Of a DNA stretch of 64,000 bases, positions 26,541 through 37,072 are shown piece after piece. Each line of letters begins with the position of its first letter. Positions within the stretch are counted from its first letter, which is position 1. A program made the translations under genes and the position numbers. Location of the stretch: IMG/VR virus record IMGVR_UViG_3300033175_000001, positions 1 through 64,000 of that record; one strand, written 5' to 3'. The notes under the pieces are model-generated. The model made no database searches and was not told the DNA's origin. It saw only the letters and a program-made list of their open reading frames with translations. This DNA is from a virus (Duplodnaviria; Caudoviricetes).

Positions 26541-27889
26541 CTCTTCAAAACCCCTTTTGTTTTAAGTCCATCTGGTCCAAATGAATGCGTCACCTGGGCC
26601 ACCCTCCAATACAACATTCCAGTAGTATGCGGCACAAATCTGGAAGTTCCTCCAGAAACAACATCCCTTCCTATCGATAACTGAGAAGATTTATACCTTG
26701 AATATACATCCCCTCCAAGATCGACAGGCATATTCGGCTCAAGAAAAGGATCACCTCTTACAAGCTCAAAATCACACTTAAACCCTCCTGCGCCCAAACC
26801 CGATCTATCCTGTGAATCAGGTGCTACAGGAGTTCCAAACCTCTGCACGGTCTTCTTTGTAAAAAAAGCTGCGTGCATTGCTGGAATAGGCATTGAGAAC
26901 GCCATCCTATAAAAGTCATCCATATTTGAGTTAGGATGTTCCCTTATCCATTTATCAACTTTACTTTGATCCAGCTCCCAGTTTGCCGGATCATGCTCAT
27001 CCACAACTCCTACAACAGCCGAATCTACTGTTTCCATCTCTCCGGTATCAGTACGCCGTAACACCCCTCCTTTATTGCCTCTTGAAGATGCTTCCCCGCT
27101 AAATTTCAACGAAGCAACATTTTTCAGTCCGTCCCGCCAATCCATTTTATAGACTGGCATTATATTCCTATCCGGCTGTAAAGCTCCTATAAGCAAATCG
27201 CCATCTGAAGAATCATCTACAAAAAAGAAAGTGAGCCTGTTTATTGCTGCTACAGGGCGAACATCAAAAGTACATCCCCAATCATTCGCCAGCTTATATA
27301 AAAATTCGAGGTCAGTCATATTGACCTGCCTCAAACCTGTTTCAACCTGAGCCATGGTCTCAAATAAAACCGTACCGGGAGCAAATGAAGTTGCCAAGTA
27401 CGGAGCCATAATCATTTGAATTATAGCCATTCTCGGCATAGGTAAAAAATTCCTCGTCTTCTTCTCATACCTCAATTTATCCGTCGTATCCCTGGCGGGT
27501 ATTTCAAGTTCTATTACGCCCTCTTCACTAAAACTTACGGTTGGCCTCTGAATAACTCCGATAAAGCATAACTTTGCCGTAGGTTCGATTGAAATACTCT
27601 TTGCCGAAGAAGCATAGCCCAGTTTTATGTAACACGGTACTCCTGCATGAATACCTCTATCCATGAGCCCAAAATTATCTACAACCTTAATCTGAGCAGT
27701 ATTAGGTTTCCTACCTTCGAGTCTTACCTCTACTGACGTAAAAAATCTTCTTGCCGTCACATCATCAGAAAAAATACCCAATTTCTGAAGAGAATCCCCC
27801 ACCAAAGAAGGCGCACCTGATCTTGACCCTATCCAAACCTGGCAGTAGGGCAACCATGTTCCTTCAGTAAATGAAGACCAAAACGCCAT
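26537..27889 (-). CDS. Baseplate hub (gpD/gp27-like)
   Basis: YIKLGY, FIGVI, RQVNMTDLEFLYKLA, V.QVTHSF motifs. Confidence 0.75.
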   Translation of the reverse strand: MAFWSSFTEGTWLPYCQVWIGSRSGAPSLVGDSLQKLGIFSDDVTARRFFTSVEVRLEGRKPNTAQIKVVDNFGLMDRGIHAGVPCYIKLGYASSAKSISIEPTAKLCFIGVIQRPTVSFSEEGVIELEIPARDTTDKLRYEKKTRNFLPMPRMAIIQMIMAPYLATSFAPGTVLFETMAQVETGLRQVNMTDLEFLYKLANDWGCTFDVRPVAAINRLTFFFVDDSSDGDLLIGALQPDRNIMPVYKMDWRDGLKNVASLKFSGEASSRGNKGGVLRRTDTGEMETVDSAVVGVVDEHDPANWELDQSKVDKWIREHPNSNMDDFYRMAFSMPIPAMHAAFFTKKTVQRFGTPVAPDSQDRSGLGAGGFKCDFELVRGDPFLEPNMPVDLGGDVYSRYKSSQLSIGRDVVSGGTSRFVPHTTGMLYWRVAQVTHSFGPDGLKTKGVLKR

Positions 27890-28161
27890 TATAACCTCGG
27901 TGGTATAGATACATTCGTAAAAGCCCGCTCATTGAAATCCTCAACAAGCATCCTTTCAATATTCTGCTCCCTCAATCGGTATGACATAATCTCCGATCTC
28001 GGTCCCCATATAGAAACAGCAAAATCATCCAACTCCCTCTCCTTCTCTTTCGCCTGGTTAACCGTCGAAGTATAAACTTCCGCCGGCCTGCAGCCATGGA
28101 GAGCCTTCTTTTCGCCATTACTATTTACAAATACTACTTCCTTTAACTGCCTGTACCTCAT
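27889..28161 (-). CDS. Baseplate gpX/LysM-like small protein
   Basis: Synteny; LDDFAVSIWG...N...IP. Confidence 0.55.
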   Translation of the reverse strand: MRYRQLKEVVFVNSNGEKKALHGCRPAEVYTSTVNQAKEKERELDDFAVSIWGPRSEIMSYRLREQNIERMLVEDFNERAFTNVSIPPRL

Positions 28162-28751
28162 TAGTATGGCCTCTCTTCTAAAAACGACATTACTACGTTA
28201 TAAACGGCTTCTGCCATCCCAACATACATCATTACCATTCGCGCAATCTTCTCTGCCTTATAAAGAATTGAATCCTCATCCAGAATCAAGCTCATGGTTA
28301 TGTCAGTAACAGTCGGATACCCCATTTGTGTAAATGCCTTATGGCTGAAATCACACTTCTGCACAAAATATATCAACGGAATCATGTTCCCTGTACCGTA
28401 CCAGAACATTACCTGTGGATTTGCATTACTCACGTTATTAAAAAGCATGGTAAGCAAACTTTCAGCAGGAGTCCTCAGATTCTCGAACAATTTAAGTATA
28501 GGTACATTCCCCCACATCCAGTTTCTATTTGCCAATTTTATCTCAAAGTTTATCTCCTGAGCGCCCATATTGCTGAACTGTATAGGTTCAAACTCATTCC
28601 CGGGAGATTTTGTTTTTGCGTAATTTATCGGCTTTATTGAATCCACCTGAAGAGGAACATTCGGCAAAGTTATCACGGTATAATTACCAAGATCAACCAT
28701 GAACCAAGGCACCCTAAACTTCCCGAGCGGATTTTTCTTCATAAAAGGCAT
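28161..28751 (-). CDS. Tail tube initiator-like protein
   Basis: Follows the tape measure; ends with a PTVTDITMSL-type strand. Confidence 0.55.
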   Translation of the reverse strand: MPFMKKNPLGKFRVPWFMVDLGNYTVITLPNVPLQVDSIKPINYAKTKSPGNEFEPIQFSNMGAQEINFEIKLANRNWMWGNVPILKLFENLRTPAESLLTMLFNNVSNANPQVMFWYGTGNMIPLIYFVQKCDFSHKAFTQMGYPTVTDITMSLILDEDSILYKAEKIARMVMMYVGMAEAVYNVVMSFLEERPY

Positions 28752-28758
28752 AGATACC

Positions 28759-29064
28759 TCACTTCGCTGGACTCATAACTACTGGCTCTCTCCCACTCCT
28801 ACGAAAAAGAACTTTAATGTTCTCTTCCATCCTATCGATACGATCCTTCAAAAAAGAAATATCCTTTTGCATTAATGCCATCTTATCCACCATTACTTCC
28901 GTGGTCACCTGCCGGATAACTTCTTTATCCACTTTGTTCGACTTCAAATCAGATACCGCCACTTCAAGGCGTGTATAGCCAGCTATCATACCTCCAACTG
29001 TAATCAGAAGGGCTATCAGACTGAAGATATTTTTTACTACCCAACTATCCTGCTTTTGAGTCAT
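28759..29064 (-). CDS. Small N-terminal-TM coiled-coil protein
   Basis: IFSLIALLITVGGMIAGY followed by heptad repeats. Confidence 0.5.
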   Translation of the reverse strand: MTQKQDSWVVKNIFSLIALLITVGGMIAGYTRLEVAVSDLKSNKVDKEVIRQVTTEVMVDKMALMQKDISFLKDRIDRMEENIKVLFRRSGREPVVMSPAK

Positions 29065-29073
29065 ACTTCCTCC

Positions 29074-31722
29074 TTATGTTGCCGAAAATGACCAGTTCCT
29101 CACCATATCCGGTAAAGAAGTTCTCAATCTATCTGCTACGGCTCTGCCTACAGCATCAGGATCAGTTGCCCCTCTTGCATCTACATTTACAGATAAAGTC
29201 AAGGACTGCGCCACATTCGTTCCGCCATTAGGGATAATGTGCCCTGCCATACTCGGAATAAAGGATTCCGGCCCGTTCTCCCCAACTGTGTACGCTTTAC
29301 CTGCATACACCGGCCCGCCTGCAGCTCTACGAGGCCCAGTTGGACCCTCAGTAGTAACTCGTCCATTAACCCTTATTTCTGAAGGCTGTCTATTCTCCCC
29401 AAAAAGGAAATCCCACACCCTACCAAGCGCACTCTTAATTGCGTTGTATGCTTTTTTAAAAGGTTCAACAATGAAGTTAAATACCCTTGACCCAAACCGT
29501 CTTATTGTTTCTATTGTAGAACTTACAGAACTTACTATGCCGCTAAAAGCTCTGCCAACAGTTTCGCCGACTCTCCTAAAAGGCGATGAGATAAAATCCC
29601 ATATCCTCGAAGCCAGGGAACCTATACCGTCAATAAGACTTGAAAACGTCCCTTTTATTTTGTTCCAGATTCCTTTGACGAACCCCAAAAGCTTCTCTCC
29701 AAGTTTCGTTAAACCTTCCCAGAACATTGCTGCAAGCCCAGAAATAAACTGCCATATTGAAGTAAATATACCTACTATTCCTTCCCAAATCTTTCCAAAA
29801 CCTTCAAGAACCCTATCCCAGTTCCCTGTAAAAATGCCGGCAACAACATCCCACAATCCTCCGAGGATATCTTTTATACCCTGGATAATTCCCCTGAAAT
29901 AATCCTCTATCAAATTCCACAGATCCCCGAGGCCAATCATACTGAATAGTTTACTCCCAAGCCCAGAAAATATGTCCATGATACCGTCTACTATTTTCGT
30001 AAGCCCAGAAAGTACCTTTTCAAACCCGCCTTTTATACGGTTCCAATCAAGTGTAAAGATGCCGGCTATTATATCCCACAGCCCGCTAAAATATTCCTTA
30101 ACTCCGTCGAATATGCTCAACAGCCCATTCTTGATTGACGTTCCCCATGTTCCAAGCCCATCAAGAAAACCAGCAAATGCGTCCCACGCCCTCTTCACCG
30201 CTGCGACAATATCATCCCAATATTTTACCAGAACTACAATTACAGCTATAAGCGCCACGATAGCGAGAATTACCAAACCGACCGGATTTAAAAGCATAGT
30301 TATATTGAATGCGATACCGGCAGCCGTAGCCAGCTTTAACGCAAATGTAAGCCCTACAAAAATCGCAGTCAGGGCTATCAATAACCCACGCACGATCTTC
30401 TCTTTTGTTGAAAGCGTATCCCAACCCCTTATAAGAGAAATTATCTGTGCAACTAAAAGGAGAATCCCAACCTTTCCGAGAGCACCCAGAACTCCCTGTA
30501 AAGTAATCGAACTTAATATAGCCTTACCTATTGCCCACACCAGCTTACCACCGATAATTGCTACAAAAGCCAAAAGAATATCCGAGGCATCCACACCAAG
30601 AAACTGCAGAAATTTATTTATTGCTGCATAAAAATCCTCGATCTTTACTTTCAACCAACCGAATACAAGTGAAATATAAAGAGATAGCCTTTCAGAAAAA
30701 GTTGCCAGAGCCCGCATCCTTGCACCCACGGCATCCACCCTATCCGTCATTGCATTGACCGCCCCGGTCATTTTCGCCTGAACTGATACCATCCAGTTTC
30801 CAACTGCCTGGAAAATAGCCCTTACCGGAGTAAGCAATGCCCAGACTATATCAAGGAACTGCCCCAGAACAAGCCCAACTACCTTTGCAAAGAATTTTAA
30901 CTTATCCCCGTTCTGTTCGAGCCAGGTCTTAAAGTCCTCCATTATCTTCTTGAACTTTCCGTAGAAACCGGCAGAATTTTGAATATCTGCCATGGCAGTT
31001 ACAAACTGATCTGCCATATCCTCAATATTTGATCTTATACCCTGTAATGTTCTGGCAGTTAAAGCCATACCGTTCTGAAATCTTGGCTGAACTGCAATGT
31101 TCTGCAATATCTGATTTCTCCATGCGGCAGTAGATGGAGACAGCCCATCCAGCCCTTTCTTCAGGTCATTAACATTCATATTAAGCCTGCGGGCCAATAA
31201 AGTTACTCCCATCATTCCATTACTTGCAGATCGAAATGCTAAAAGAACTTCCTTAAAATCCTGTGCCGAAGTTACAGTATTTCCAAGAATAGTCATAAGG
31301 TTTGTGGCTTGCCCTGACATATTCTGAAAAGACATCGCCAAAGGATCAACTCCCATCGACCTCATAGCTACTACGCCATCAATAACTCCCTGGACATCAA
31401 AAGGCGTCTCTGCAGCGAACTGCACAGCCTTTTGATACTCGTCCATTGCCAATTTAGCAGCTGGAACGCCTGTTCTTCCTGATAATTCGGTAAATGCGGA
31501 GGTTAGTCGCGCTATCTGTATTTCAGCAGTCTCACCAGCAGTAACAACACTGCCAAGAGCACTACCGATGCGCTGGCCTATTAAAATACCGGCACCGATC
31601 ATGCCCAGGGCTCTGCCTGCACTGGCTAAACGCTCAAGCGACCGTTCAAGTGATGATATACTTCCAAGAGCATCCTGAGTCTGAGCGACAAAGTTAACTC
31701 CTACTGTTGTGGTATCGGCCAA
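29074..31722 (-). CDS. Tape measure protein
   Basis: AAETPFDV tape-measure motif, hydrophobic core, 11-aa W/F repeats, RAAGGPV...VGENGPE; TTG start with GGAGG. Confidence 0.9.
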   Translation of the reverse strand: MADTTTVGVNFVAQTQDALGSISSLERSLERLASAGRALGMIGAGILIGQRIGSALGSVVTAGETAEIQIARLTSAFTELSGRTGVPAAKLAMDEYQKAVQFAAETPFDVQGVIDGVVAMRSMGVDPLAMSFQNMSGQATNLMTILGNTVTSAQDFKEVLLAFRSASNGMMGVTLLARRLNMNVNDLKKGLDGLSPSTAAWRNQILQNIAVQPRFQNGMALTARTLQGIRSNIEDMADQFVTAMADIQNSAGFYGKFKKIMEDFKTWLEQNGDKLKFFAKVVGLVLGQFLDIVWALLTPVRAIFQAVGNWMVSVQAKMTGAVNAMTDRVDAVGARMRALATFSERLSLYISLVFGWLKVKIEDFYAAINKFLQFLGVDASDILLAFVAIIGGKLVWAIGKAILSSITLQGVLGALGKVGILLLVAQIISLIRGWDTLSTKEKIVRGLLIALTAIFVGLTFALKLATAAGIAFNITMLLNPVGLVILAIVALIAVIVVLVKYWDDIVAAVKRAWDAFAGFLDGLGTWGTSIKNGLLSIFDGVKEYFSGLWDIIAGIFTLDWNRIKGGFEKVLSGLTKIVDGIMDIFSGLGSKLFSMIGLGDLWNLIEDYFRGIIQGIKDILGGLWDVVAGIFTGNWDRVLEGFGKIWEGIVGIFTSIWQFISGLAAMFWEGLTKLGEKLLGFVKGIWNKIKGTFSSLIDGIGSLASRIWDFISSPFRRVGETVGRAFSGIVSSVSSTIETIRRFGSRVFNFIVEPFKKAYNAIKSALGRVWDFLFGENRQPSEIRVNGRVTTEGPTGPRRAAGGPVYAGKAYTVGENGPESFIPSMAGHIIPNGGTNVAQSLTLSVNVDARGATDPDAVGRAVADRLRTSLPDMVRNWSFSAT

Positions 31723-31736
31723 ACGAGAACCTCCAA

Positions 31737-32045
31737 TTAAGAACCTGGAACCTGAGAACCGGAACTACCTGCCTTATTCCGCTTTTTCTCAGCCCAGTAA
31801 ATTGCAATCTCAATATACTTTTCTCGTTGCCAAGGTGCTAACTTCATCAATTCAGCATGAGAGATTCCACCTCTCCACGCTTCAAATAATACTGAATTTT
31901 CCCATAAAACCTGCTCCAACGGATACTCAAACAACTTAGCAGATGCAAGTAACGGTCTTTCGTCCCAACTGACAAACGGATAAACAACTCCATCACCCTC
32001 CTCAGCGTACTCTAAATAGATCGTCTGCCGAGGAGTGAGCCGAAA
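31737..32045 (-). CDS. -1 frame extension of the tail assembly chaperone (gpGT-like)
   Basis: The -1 frame is open from the slippery site through FRLTPRQTIYLEY...FEYPLEQVLWE...AGSSGSQVPGS. Confidence 0.75.
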   Translation of the reverse strand, partial: FRLTPRQTIYLEYAEEGDGVVYPFVSWDERPLLASAKLFEYPLEQVLWENSVLFEAWRGGISHAELMKLAPWQREKYIEIAIYWAEKKRNKAGSSGSQVPGS

Positions 32046-32968
32046 AAATTTGTGAAATCAAACACCGTCCTATACTCATATCCGCAATGCGAACACGTTG
32101 TTTTATGCTGGCTATAGTCGTACCCCATAGAATTGAGCTTATTAAGAACTTCCAGATAATCGTTGAAATTAAACGAAAGGAGTCCAATCCCATGCTTTGA
32201 TTTCAACAACTGAAGTTCGCTGCCCTTTATCCCATTGATACTGGTAAGGCAATGAAACAGCACACGCTTTTCCCCGCCCTGTGTCGTACTCGTTCCAGCT
32301 TTAAGGATATAATCCCCAATTTCAGGTATCCTGAAAGAAAATTCCGTATATCTTTCGCCTTCAACTACAACGCCATCATCGAAGTGAAAATGCAATACTG
32401 GCTCAGATAAATCCCTGACCTCAACAAAAGGAATCTCCCTTATATCTTCCATTTCAAGAGAGGATAATTCATCTGCGCTCGCAGTAAGGTCGAACCCATC
32501 CGAACCATCAGGCCCACCGGATTCCCCTATAGGATTTTCAAACTTCGTAAACTGTTTGCATTGAGGGCATTTATAAACAGTCGGTACAAGGGAAGTACCT
32601 TTCGTCTTAATGAGAATTTCCATCATTAAGAAAAAGGTATCCTGAAAGAACAGCTTTGAAGTCTTCTGCTTCCACCCAGGAAACTCCTCCCCTGTATCGA
32701 CATCAAAAATCTTAGTTAGTCCCTTCGCAACCATTCTGCCAAACATCTTATAAGGATTCACTTCCTCATGAAAAGATGTAAGGATATCAGAACTCATTTT
32801 CTCAATCTCGTAGCCCCTATACCACCTCTTAGTATTGTAATCAAACATACCAAGTGGAAGCTCTGCAGGACCCTCCACGATCTTGTAATTTACTGCCGGC
32901 CTGGATAACTCAGGCGACATATCCTGATCATCGAGGCCGACATCTATGCTATCGCTATCTTTCTTCAT
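32012..32968 (-). CDS. Tail assembly chaperone (T4 gp26-like/gpG-like) with two CxxC motifs
   Basis: Between tube and tape measure; CPQC and CSHC; ends FDFTNFF. Confidence 0.75.
   Translation of the reverse strand: MKKDSDSIDVGLDDQDMSPELSRPAVNYKIVEGPAELPLGMFDYNTKRWYRGYEIEKMSSDILTSFHEEVNPYKMFGRMVAKGLTKIFDVDTGEEFPGWKQKTSKLFFQDTFFLMMEILIKTKGTSLVPTVYKCPQCKQFTKFENPIGESGGPDGSDGFDLTASADELSSLEMEDIREIPFVEVRDLSEPVLHFHFDDGVVVEGERYTEFSFRIPEIGDYILKAGTSTTQGGEKRVLFHCLTSINGIKGSELQLLKSKHGIGLLSFNFNDYLEVLNKLNSMGYDYSQHKTTCSHCGYEYRTVFDFTNFFGSLLGRRSI
32042..32051 (-). other. -1 programmed ribosomal frameshift slippery site (A AAT TTT / T TTT TTC)
   Basis: ACA AAT TTT TTC in the zero frame, 10 codons before the stop; the -1 frame joins the downstream ORF. 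Confidence 0.75.
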
Positions 32969-32978
32969 GGTTTACCCC

Positions 32979-33449
32979 TTAACTCGTATATATTTGCCCA
33001 GCAGAGGCAATCGAATGCTGAATATCGTAAGGAAGGAAAGTCATCTCCATAACACCGACCTTCGGAGAAGCATAGTCCTGATCCTCACCCTTAAACGCTG
33101 AAAATTCGCAGTCAACATAAGTCCACCGCATAATTTCAGTCTTACGGTCTCTTTCAAGCCAGACCACCGTAATAGTTCTGTTATCTCCTTCCCGAGCAGT
33201 CCACCAATCAGAAAAATACTTATGTGTACCTCCCTCAGCGGTGGATGATTTAAGAAGACGATACTTCATAGTGACCGCAGGAATTTTCCTACGCCCATCA
33301 GCAATCGAAGCTATCCTATCATCTTCAGGAACCTCGATCTGCCCTTCTTCACCGAGAGTAAATCCAGTGCAGGCTATTATGTCGGATATCCTGCGGCCTT
33401 CAATCTCAACAGCGAAATTTATAAGTAAAGCATTAACTCGACTTGGCAT
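32979..33449 (-). CDS. Tail tube protein (T4 gp19-like)
   Basis: NFAVEIEG, VTMKY, RTITV, RWTY..C motifs; follows the sheath. Confidence 0.85.
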   Translation of the reverse strand: MPSRVNALLINFAVEIEGRRISDIIACTGFTLGEEGQIEVPEDDRIASIADGRRKIPAVTMKYRLLKSSTAEGGTHKYFSDWWTAREGDNRTITVVWLERDRKTEIMRWTYVDCEFSAFKGEDQDYASPKVGVMEMTFLPYDIQHSIASAGQIYTS

Positions 33450-33460
33450 CTTATTCCTCC

Positions 33461-35587
33461 TTATGCAGCCGCACTTTTAATTTGCAGCGATATTCCGACA
33501 CCTATCTCAATCGACTCAGCAGGCGGCGGAGGAGTAAAATAAAGATGCACATTTACATTACCCGCTAAAACGTCTTCCTTAGTGTTGTTGGAAGCATCAC
33601 AGATAATGGTCACAACATCTTCAAACTTCCCGCCAGTCATGCGAAGAAACGCAGACTTCTTTCCTGTTCGCGCGCTGGTGCCGTTATAATCAACCAGCAT
33701 ATAACTTCTCACAGCATTAAACAGCTTAGTAAGAAGAGCTTCCCCAGTTTCCTCGTTCTCAATTTCCTGAAAAGACTGCTGGAAAGTCACCTTGTAATAA
33801 AGACGCATGAATATCTGATTGTACCATTTATACGCTTTATTCGTGGAGCCCATCCTGCCATTTCTCAGGCAAATACCAGAACCAGGAACGAACTGAATAA
33901 GGTTAATACCAAGATCAGCCAGTTTTGTTCTTTTTACATCATCAAGTACCTGATCTCCCCAGATTCCAAGCACACCACGCAGACTTTCCTGAACGCCTGC
34001 AGGAACCCTCTGGTAACCATGTTTTGAAATCCAGTAAATCACAGAACCCATGATGAAACCAACATTGGGAACATAAATAGTAGGCTCTACACCGACCCCG
34101 ATAGGATCAGAAATCTCAAGCCAACCATTATTATTCATGCGGTACGAATCATTGCTGACAACATACTGCTGCCCAGTAATGAGAAGCTCCGCATAAGTCT
34201 GATTCCCCTGGAGGTTTGAATACCAGATACAGTCACCCCGACCTTTACAGTACGCCTCACCGTAATCATTCACGGTTTTGGTAATACTTTCAGGATTACA
34301 GAGATGGCGAATATCCTTAACATCAAATTCCGCCAAAAGGGTATTCCAATCAGAATTCCCCGGAAGAGTACCATCAACTCCGCCCTGGTCAAGAGCGACC
34401 GGTAAAGCCACCTCCACAGGAAGAAGATTGAAGTGATCCACAGTAACCGGTGCGCTTTGATCCTCACCAAGCAACTGCATTGACCCGGAATACTGATTAT
34501 TCAGGACACGTTCAACATAAGTCGAAACGAGAGGACTCATAGAAAGGAAAGTCCAATTCTCCTGAAGCTCAATAACTCCTACCGAATTCTTCCTGTAAAT
34601 TGCCAGGTCGAAATTCAGCGTTTTCACAGAGGAAGACTCTTCGCCTGGAACTGCTGTTTCAGGAGTTCCAAGAACATCCGTCAACCCGGCAAACAGGTCT
34701 GTATCCGAAATTGATACTGTTGAAGTGAGTCCAGTAGTAGCTGAAAGAACCTTAATAAAGCCGTTCCCTACAGCATCGAAGGACACAACTCCCGCCGCTC
34801 CGACATCAGCCTGAATCTCATCGATTATCTGCTGAATAGTTTCAGAACCTGCAGCCGTCACCGATACAGGTATTGCCACGCCGTCAATCGTGATTGTAGC
34901 TGTATAAGTCCCCGCAGCCAGGCCAGCAAGAGAGGCCGCAGTCTTCGCCACAGAAAACCCCCATCTCTGAAAACCAGCCTGGGGAGTAACTGCAAAACTC
35001 TTTGTAAGGGCTGATACAGTAAGCGAATTTTCTGACTCGTCTTTACTGATAATTTCCTTGGTCTCAAACTCAGCACCATTATTTATAATGATGTGGTCCC
35101 CAACCTCAAAATTTACCGCTCCGTTGACGTACAGCTTAACTGCCCCGATATCCGCAGCCGCAACCAGCGTATCCTCAACACGATTACTGTGAAGAACCGT
35201 ATAGAGAACTTTCTTTCCATGTGACCCTTTATCAAGGGCTCCCAGAAAAGCCGCCGACAGCTTCAGAGAATCTACAGAGTCGCCGTTTTGAAGCATAGCG
35301 TAAGCTGCAGACGCATCTGCCGGTACATACCTTCGACAGAAAAGCGTACCATCTACCCCCTGAAGATTCTGAAAGAAACCTTCAGCCTCATATTTACCGT
35401 AAAAACCTTTGACGTACCCGCCAAAAATCTTTGCCCACTCAGGAGCACTCGTTACTTCCTTAACTTCAGCCGGGCCACGCTCAGAGAGGAAAACCATCCC
35501 CGCTGTATTTATCGCAGCATCTCCAGCCACAGCCGGAACAAGCGCCGGTAAATCTTTTCCATGAACACCCAATTTTCTTGAGGCCAT
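33461..35587 (-). CDS. Contractile tail sheath protein
   Basis: ERGP..V, RVPAG, LGINLI, KWYNQIFMRL, C-terminal PPPAESIEI. Confidence 0.9.
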   Translation of the reverse strand: MASRKLGVHGKDLPALVPAVAGDAAINTAGMVFLSERGPAEVKEVTSAPEWAKIFGGYVKGFYGKYEAEGFFQNLQGVDGTLFCRRYVPADASAAYAMLQNGDSVDSLKLSAAFLGALDKGSHGKKVLYTVLHSNRVEDTLVAAADIGAVKLYVNGAVNFEVGDHIIINNGAEFETKEIISKDESENSLTVSALTKSFAVTPQAGFQRWGFSVAKTAASLAGLAAGTYTATITIDGVAIPVSVTAAGSETIQQIIDEIQADVGAAGVVSFDAVGNGFIKVLSATTGLTSTVSISDTDLFAGLTDVLGTPETAVPGEESSSVKTLNFDLAIYRKNSVGVIELQENWTFLSMSPLVSTYVERVLNNQYSGSMQLLGEDQSAPVTVDHFNLLPVEVALPVALDQGGVDGTLPGNSDWNTLLAEFDVKDIRHLCNPESITKTVNDYGEAYCKGRGDCIWYSNLQGNQTYAELLITGQQYVVSNDSYRMNNNGWLEISDPIGVGVEPTIYVPNVGFIMGSVIYWISKHGYQRVPAGVQESLRGVLGIWGDQVLDDVKRTKLADLGINLIQFVPGSGICLRNGRMGSTNKAYKWYNQIFMRLYYKVTFQQSFQEIENEETGEALLTKLFNAVRSYMLVDYNGTSARTGKKSAFLRMTGGKFEDVVTIICDASNNTKEDVLAGNVNVHLYFTPPPPAESIEIGVGISLQIKSAAA

Positions 35588-35847
35588 TATTTAACCTCCT
35601 TAAACTCATTTATTCGCCGCTTAAATGCCGCGTCACCACATTCATCCAGACGAAGCTCCTGAACACCAAAAGGCTGCCAGGTTACCGTTCTACCCTTGAA
35701 GCCTATGGAAATCGGAGAACCGCCCAAATTCCTAAATTTCTTTACGCCAGCTTTCGCTGAACTTTTAACATCCTTCTTTTTAGGAGAGAAGAATGTATTA
35801 CTCGGCTTCCCTACGTCAGCCTTTTTAACATCCAGTTGCTCGTCCAT
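35587..35847 (-). CDS. Hypothetical late protein
   Basis: Start reassigned to ATG 35847 (AAGGAG). Confidence 0.55.
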   Translation of the reverse strand: MDEQLDVKKADVGKPSNTFFSPKKKDVKSSAKAGVKKFRNLGGSPISIGFKGRTVTWQPFGVQELRLDECGDAAFKRRINEFKEVK

Positions 35848-35857
35848 ATTCAACTCC

Positions 35858-37072
35858 TTATAAAGTATAAACACCAAAATTCAAGTTATAAACTGGGATA
35901 TCCACATAAGAAATTTGAGCACTCAGAACATCAATTATATTCACGCTATAAAAATGAACTGAATACGGGATATCTCCTTCCAGATCCCCGGGATCATACT
36001 TAGGCGTATCCTCATACATTAAATCATGCTTTATCCCATTTATCAACAACACTCCCGTATCGCTGAATAAATGCTGTATATAATTATTGATACTTACCAT
36101 CAATTCCGGTAAAGAACATTGCACTTCAATCTGTACCGGCAACTTTAAATCCCTGCGAGGCTGAATTAACCTGAATCGTTTTGTGTCTACCCTATAAGAA
36201 TCACGTACAGTGTCAACCTGCGCCATCATATCTGTTACCGGAATAAATCCTGCAATGTAAATCCCAGGTATAACTATCGGGGCAAATTTTCCAGCAATCA
36301 AAGCCGGAACCACTAAAGAGATAGTGGCAGCAGTCGTAAAATCATTCAGTAACGCCTTACCACCAAAATATGACTCGTCCTCAAACTGCACTACTCCATT
36401 GCTTACTTCCCCTGAAACGATATGCTTTTCGGAAATATCTCCTTCCGATATCTGAATAACAGAGTACCGGGACACATTTGCCCAATCCGGTAATTCTAAT
36501 GATTCACTGCCTGCCGTCAAAGCTGTTAACGGATTGCCCAACGGATTAGAAATTTTACAGTCTAATTCTTTCTGTATAGCCAAAAGACTATCTATTACAA
36601 ACTCGTCATTACACACAATAAAATGATCAAGCCACCAAACCTCATAATCATCATCAAGTATCGTAAACCTGATAGTATCGAATGAGGCTGCACCAGGCAA
36701 CTCAATATTCACTGATTCGAGTGTCTGTTTCCCAAAAACCGGAATAAACCATTCACCTATGGACGTAAAAACTCCGGCAACCGTATCTCCTATCGCCACC
36801 TTCATCTTAAACTCAGAAAATTGATTCCTTGAATAAGATGATTTTGACCGATATTTAGAAACAGCTATCCGAAGATTTTCAAACTCTGATATATCAATAG
36901 GGGAAGCGTACTGCTTTTCGAAATAATGCCCTGCCGCACCTTCAACGCTTATTTTTAAACTCTGATTACCAGATAAAATATGCGATGAAAATTTATTTGA
37001 TTCCAATGCGATAGATGCATCACTCGCTACCCACCCTGATATATCTGAAAAATCATCAAATATCAATTCCAT
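35858..37072 (-). CDS. Tail terminator/neck protein with extra N-terminal domains
   Basis: Synteny before the sheath; C-terminal IEVQCSLPELMVSI terminator-like fold. Confidence 0.5.
   Translation of the reverse strand: MELIFDDFSDISGWVASDASIALESNKFSSHILSGNQSLKISVEGAAGHYFEKQYASPIDISEFENLRIAVSKYRSKSSYSRNQFSEFKMKVAIGDTVAGVFTSIGEWFIPVFGKQTLESVNIELPGAASFDTIRFTILDDDYEVWWLDHFIVCNDEFVIDSLLAIQKELDCKISNPLGNPLTALTAGSESLELPDWANVSRYSVIQISEGDISEKHIVSGEVSNGVVQFEDESYFGGKALLNDFTTAATISLVVPALIAGKFAPIVIPGIYIAGFIPVTDMMAQVDTVRDSYRVDTKRFRLIQPRRDLKLPVQIEVQCSLPELMVSINNYIQHLFSDTGVLLINGIKHDLMYEDTPKYDPGDLEGDIPYSVHFYSVNIIDVLSAQISYVDIPVYNLNFGVYTL

Noticed and set aside
22899-35587. Tailocin or extracellular contractile injection system
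   Set aside because: Terminase, portal, scaffold, capsid and replication genes show a complete phage
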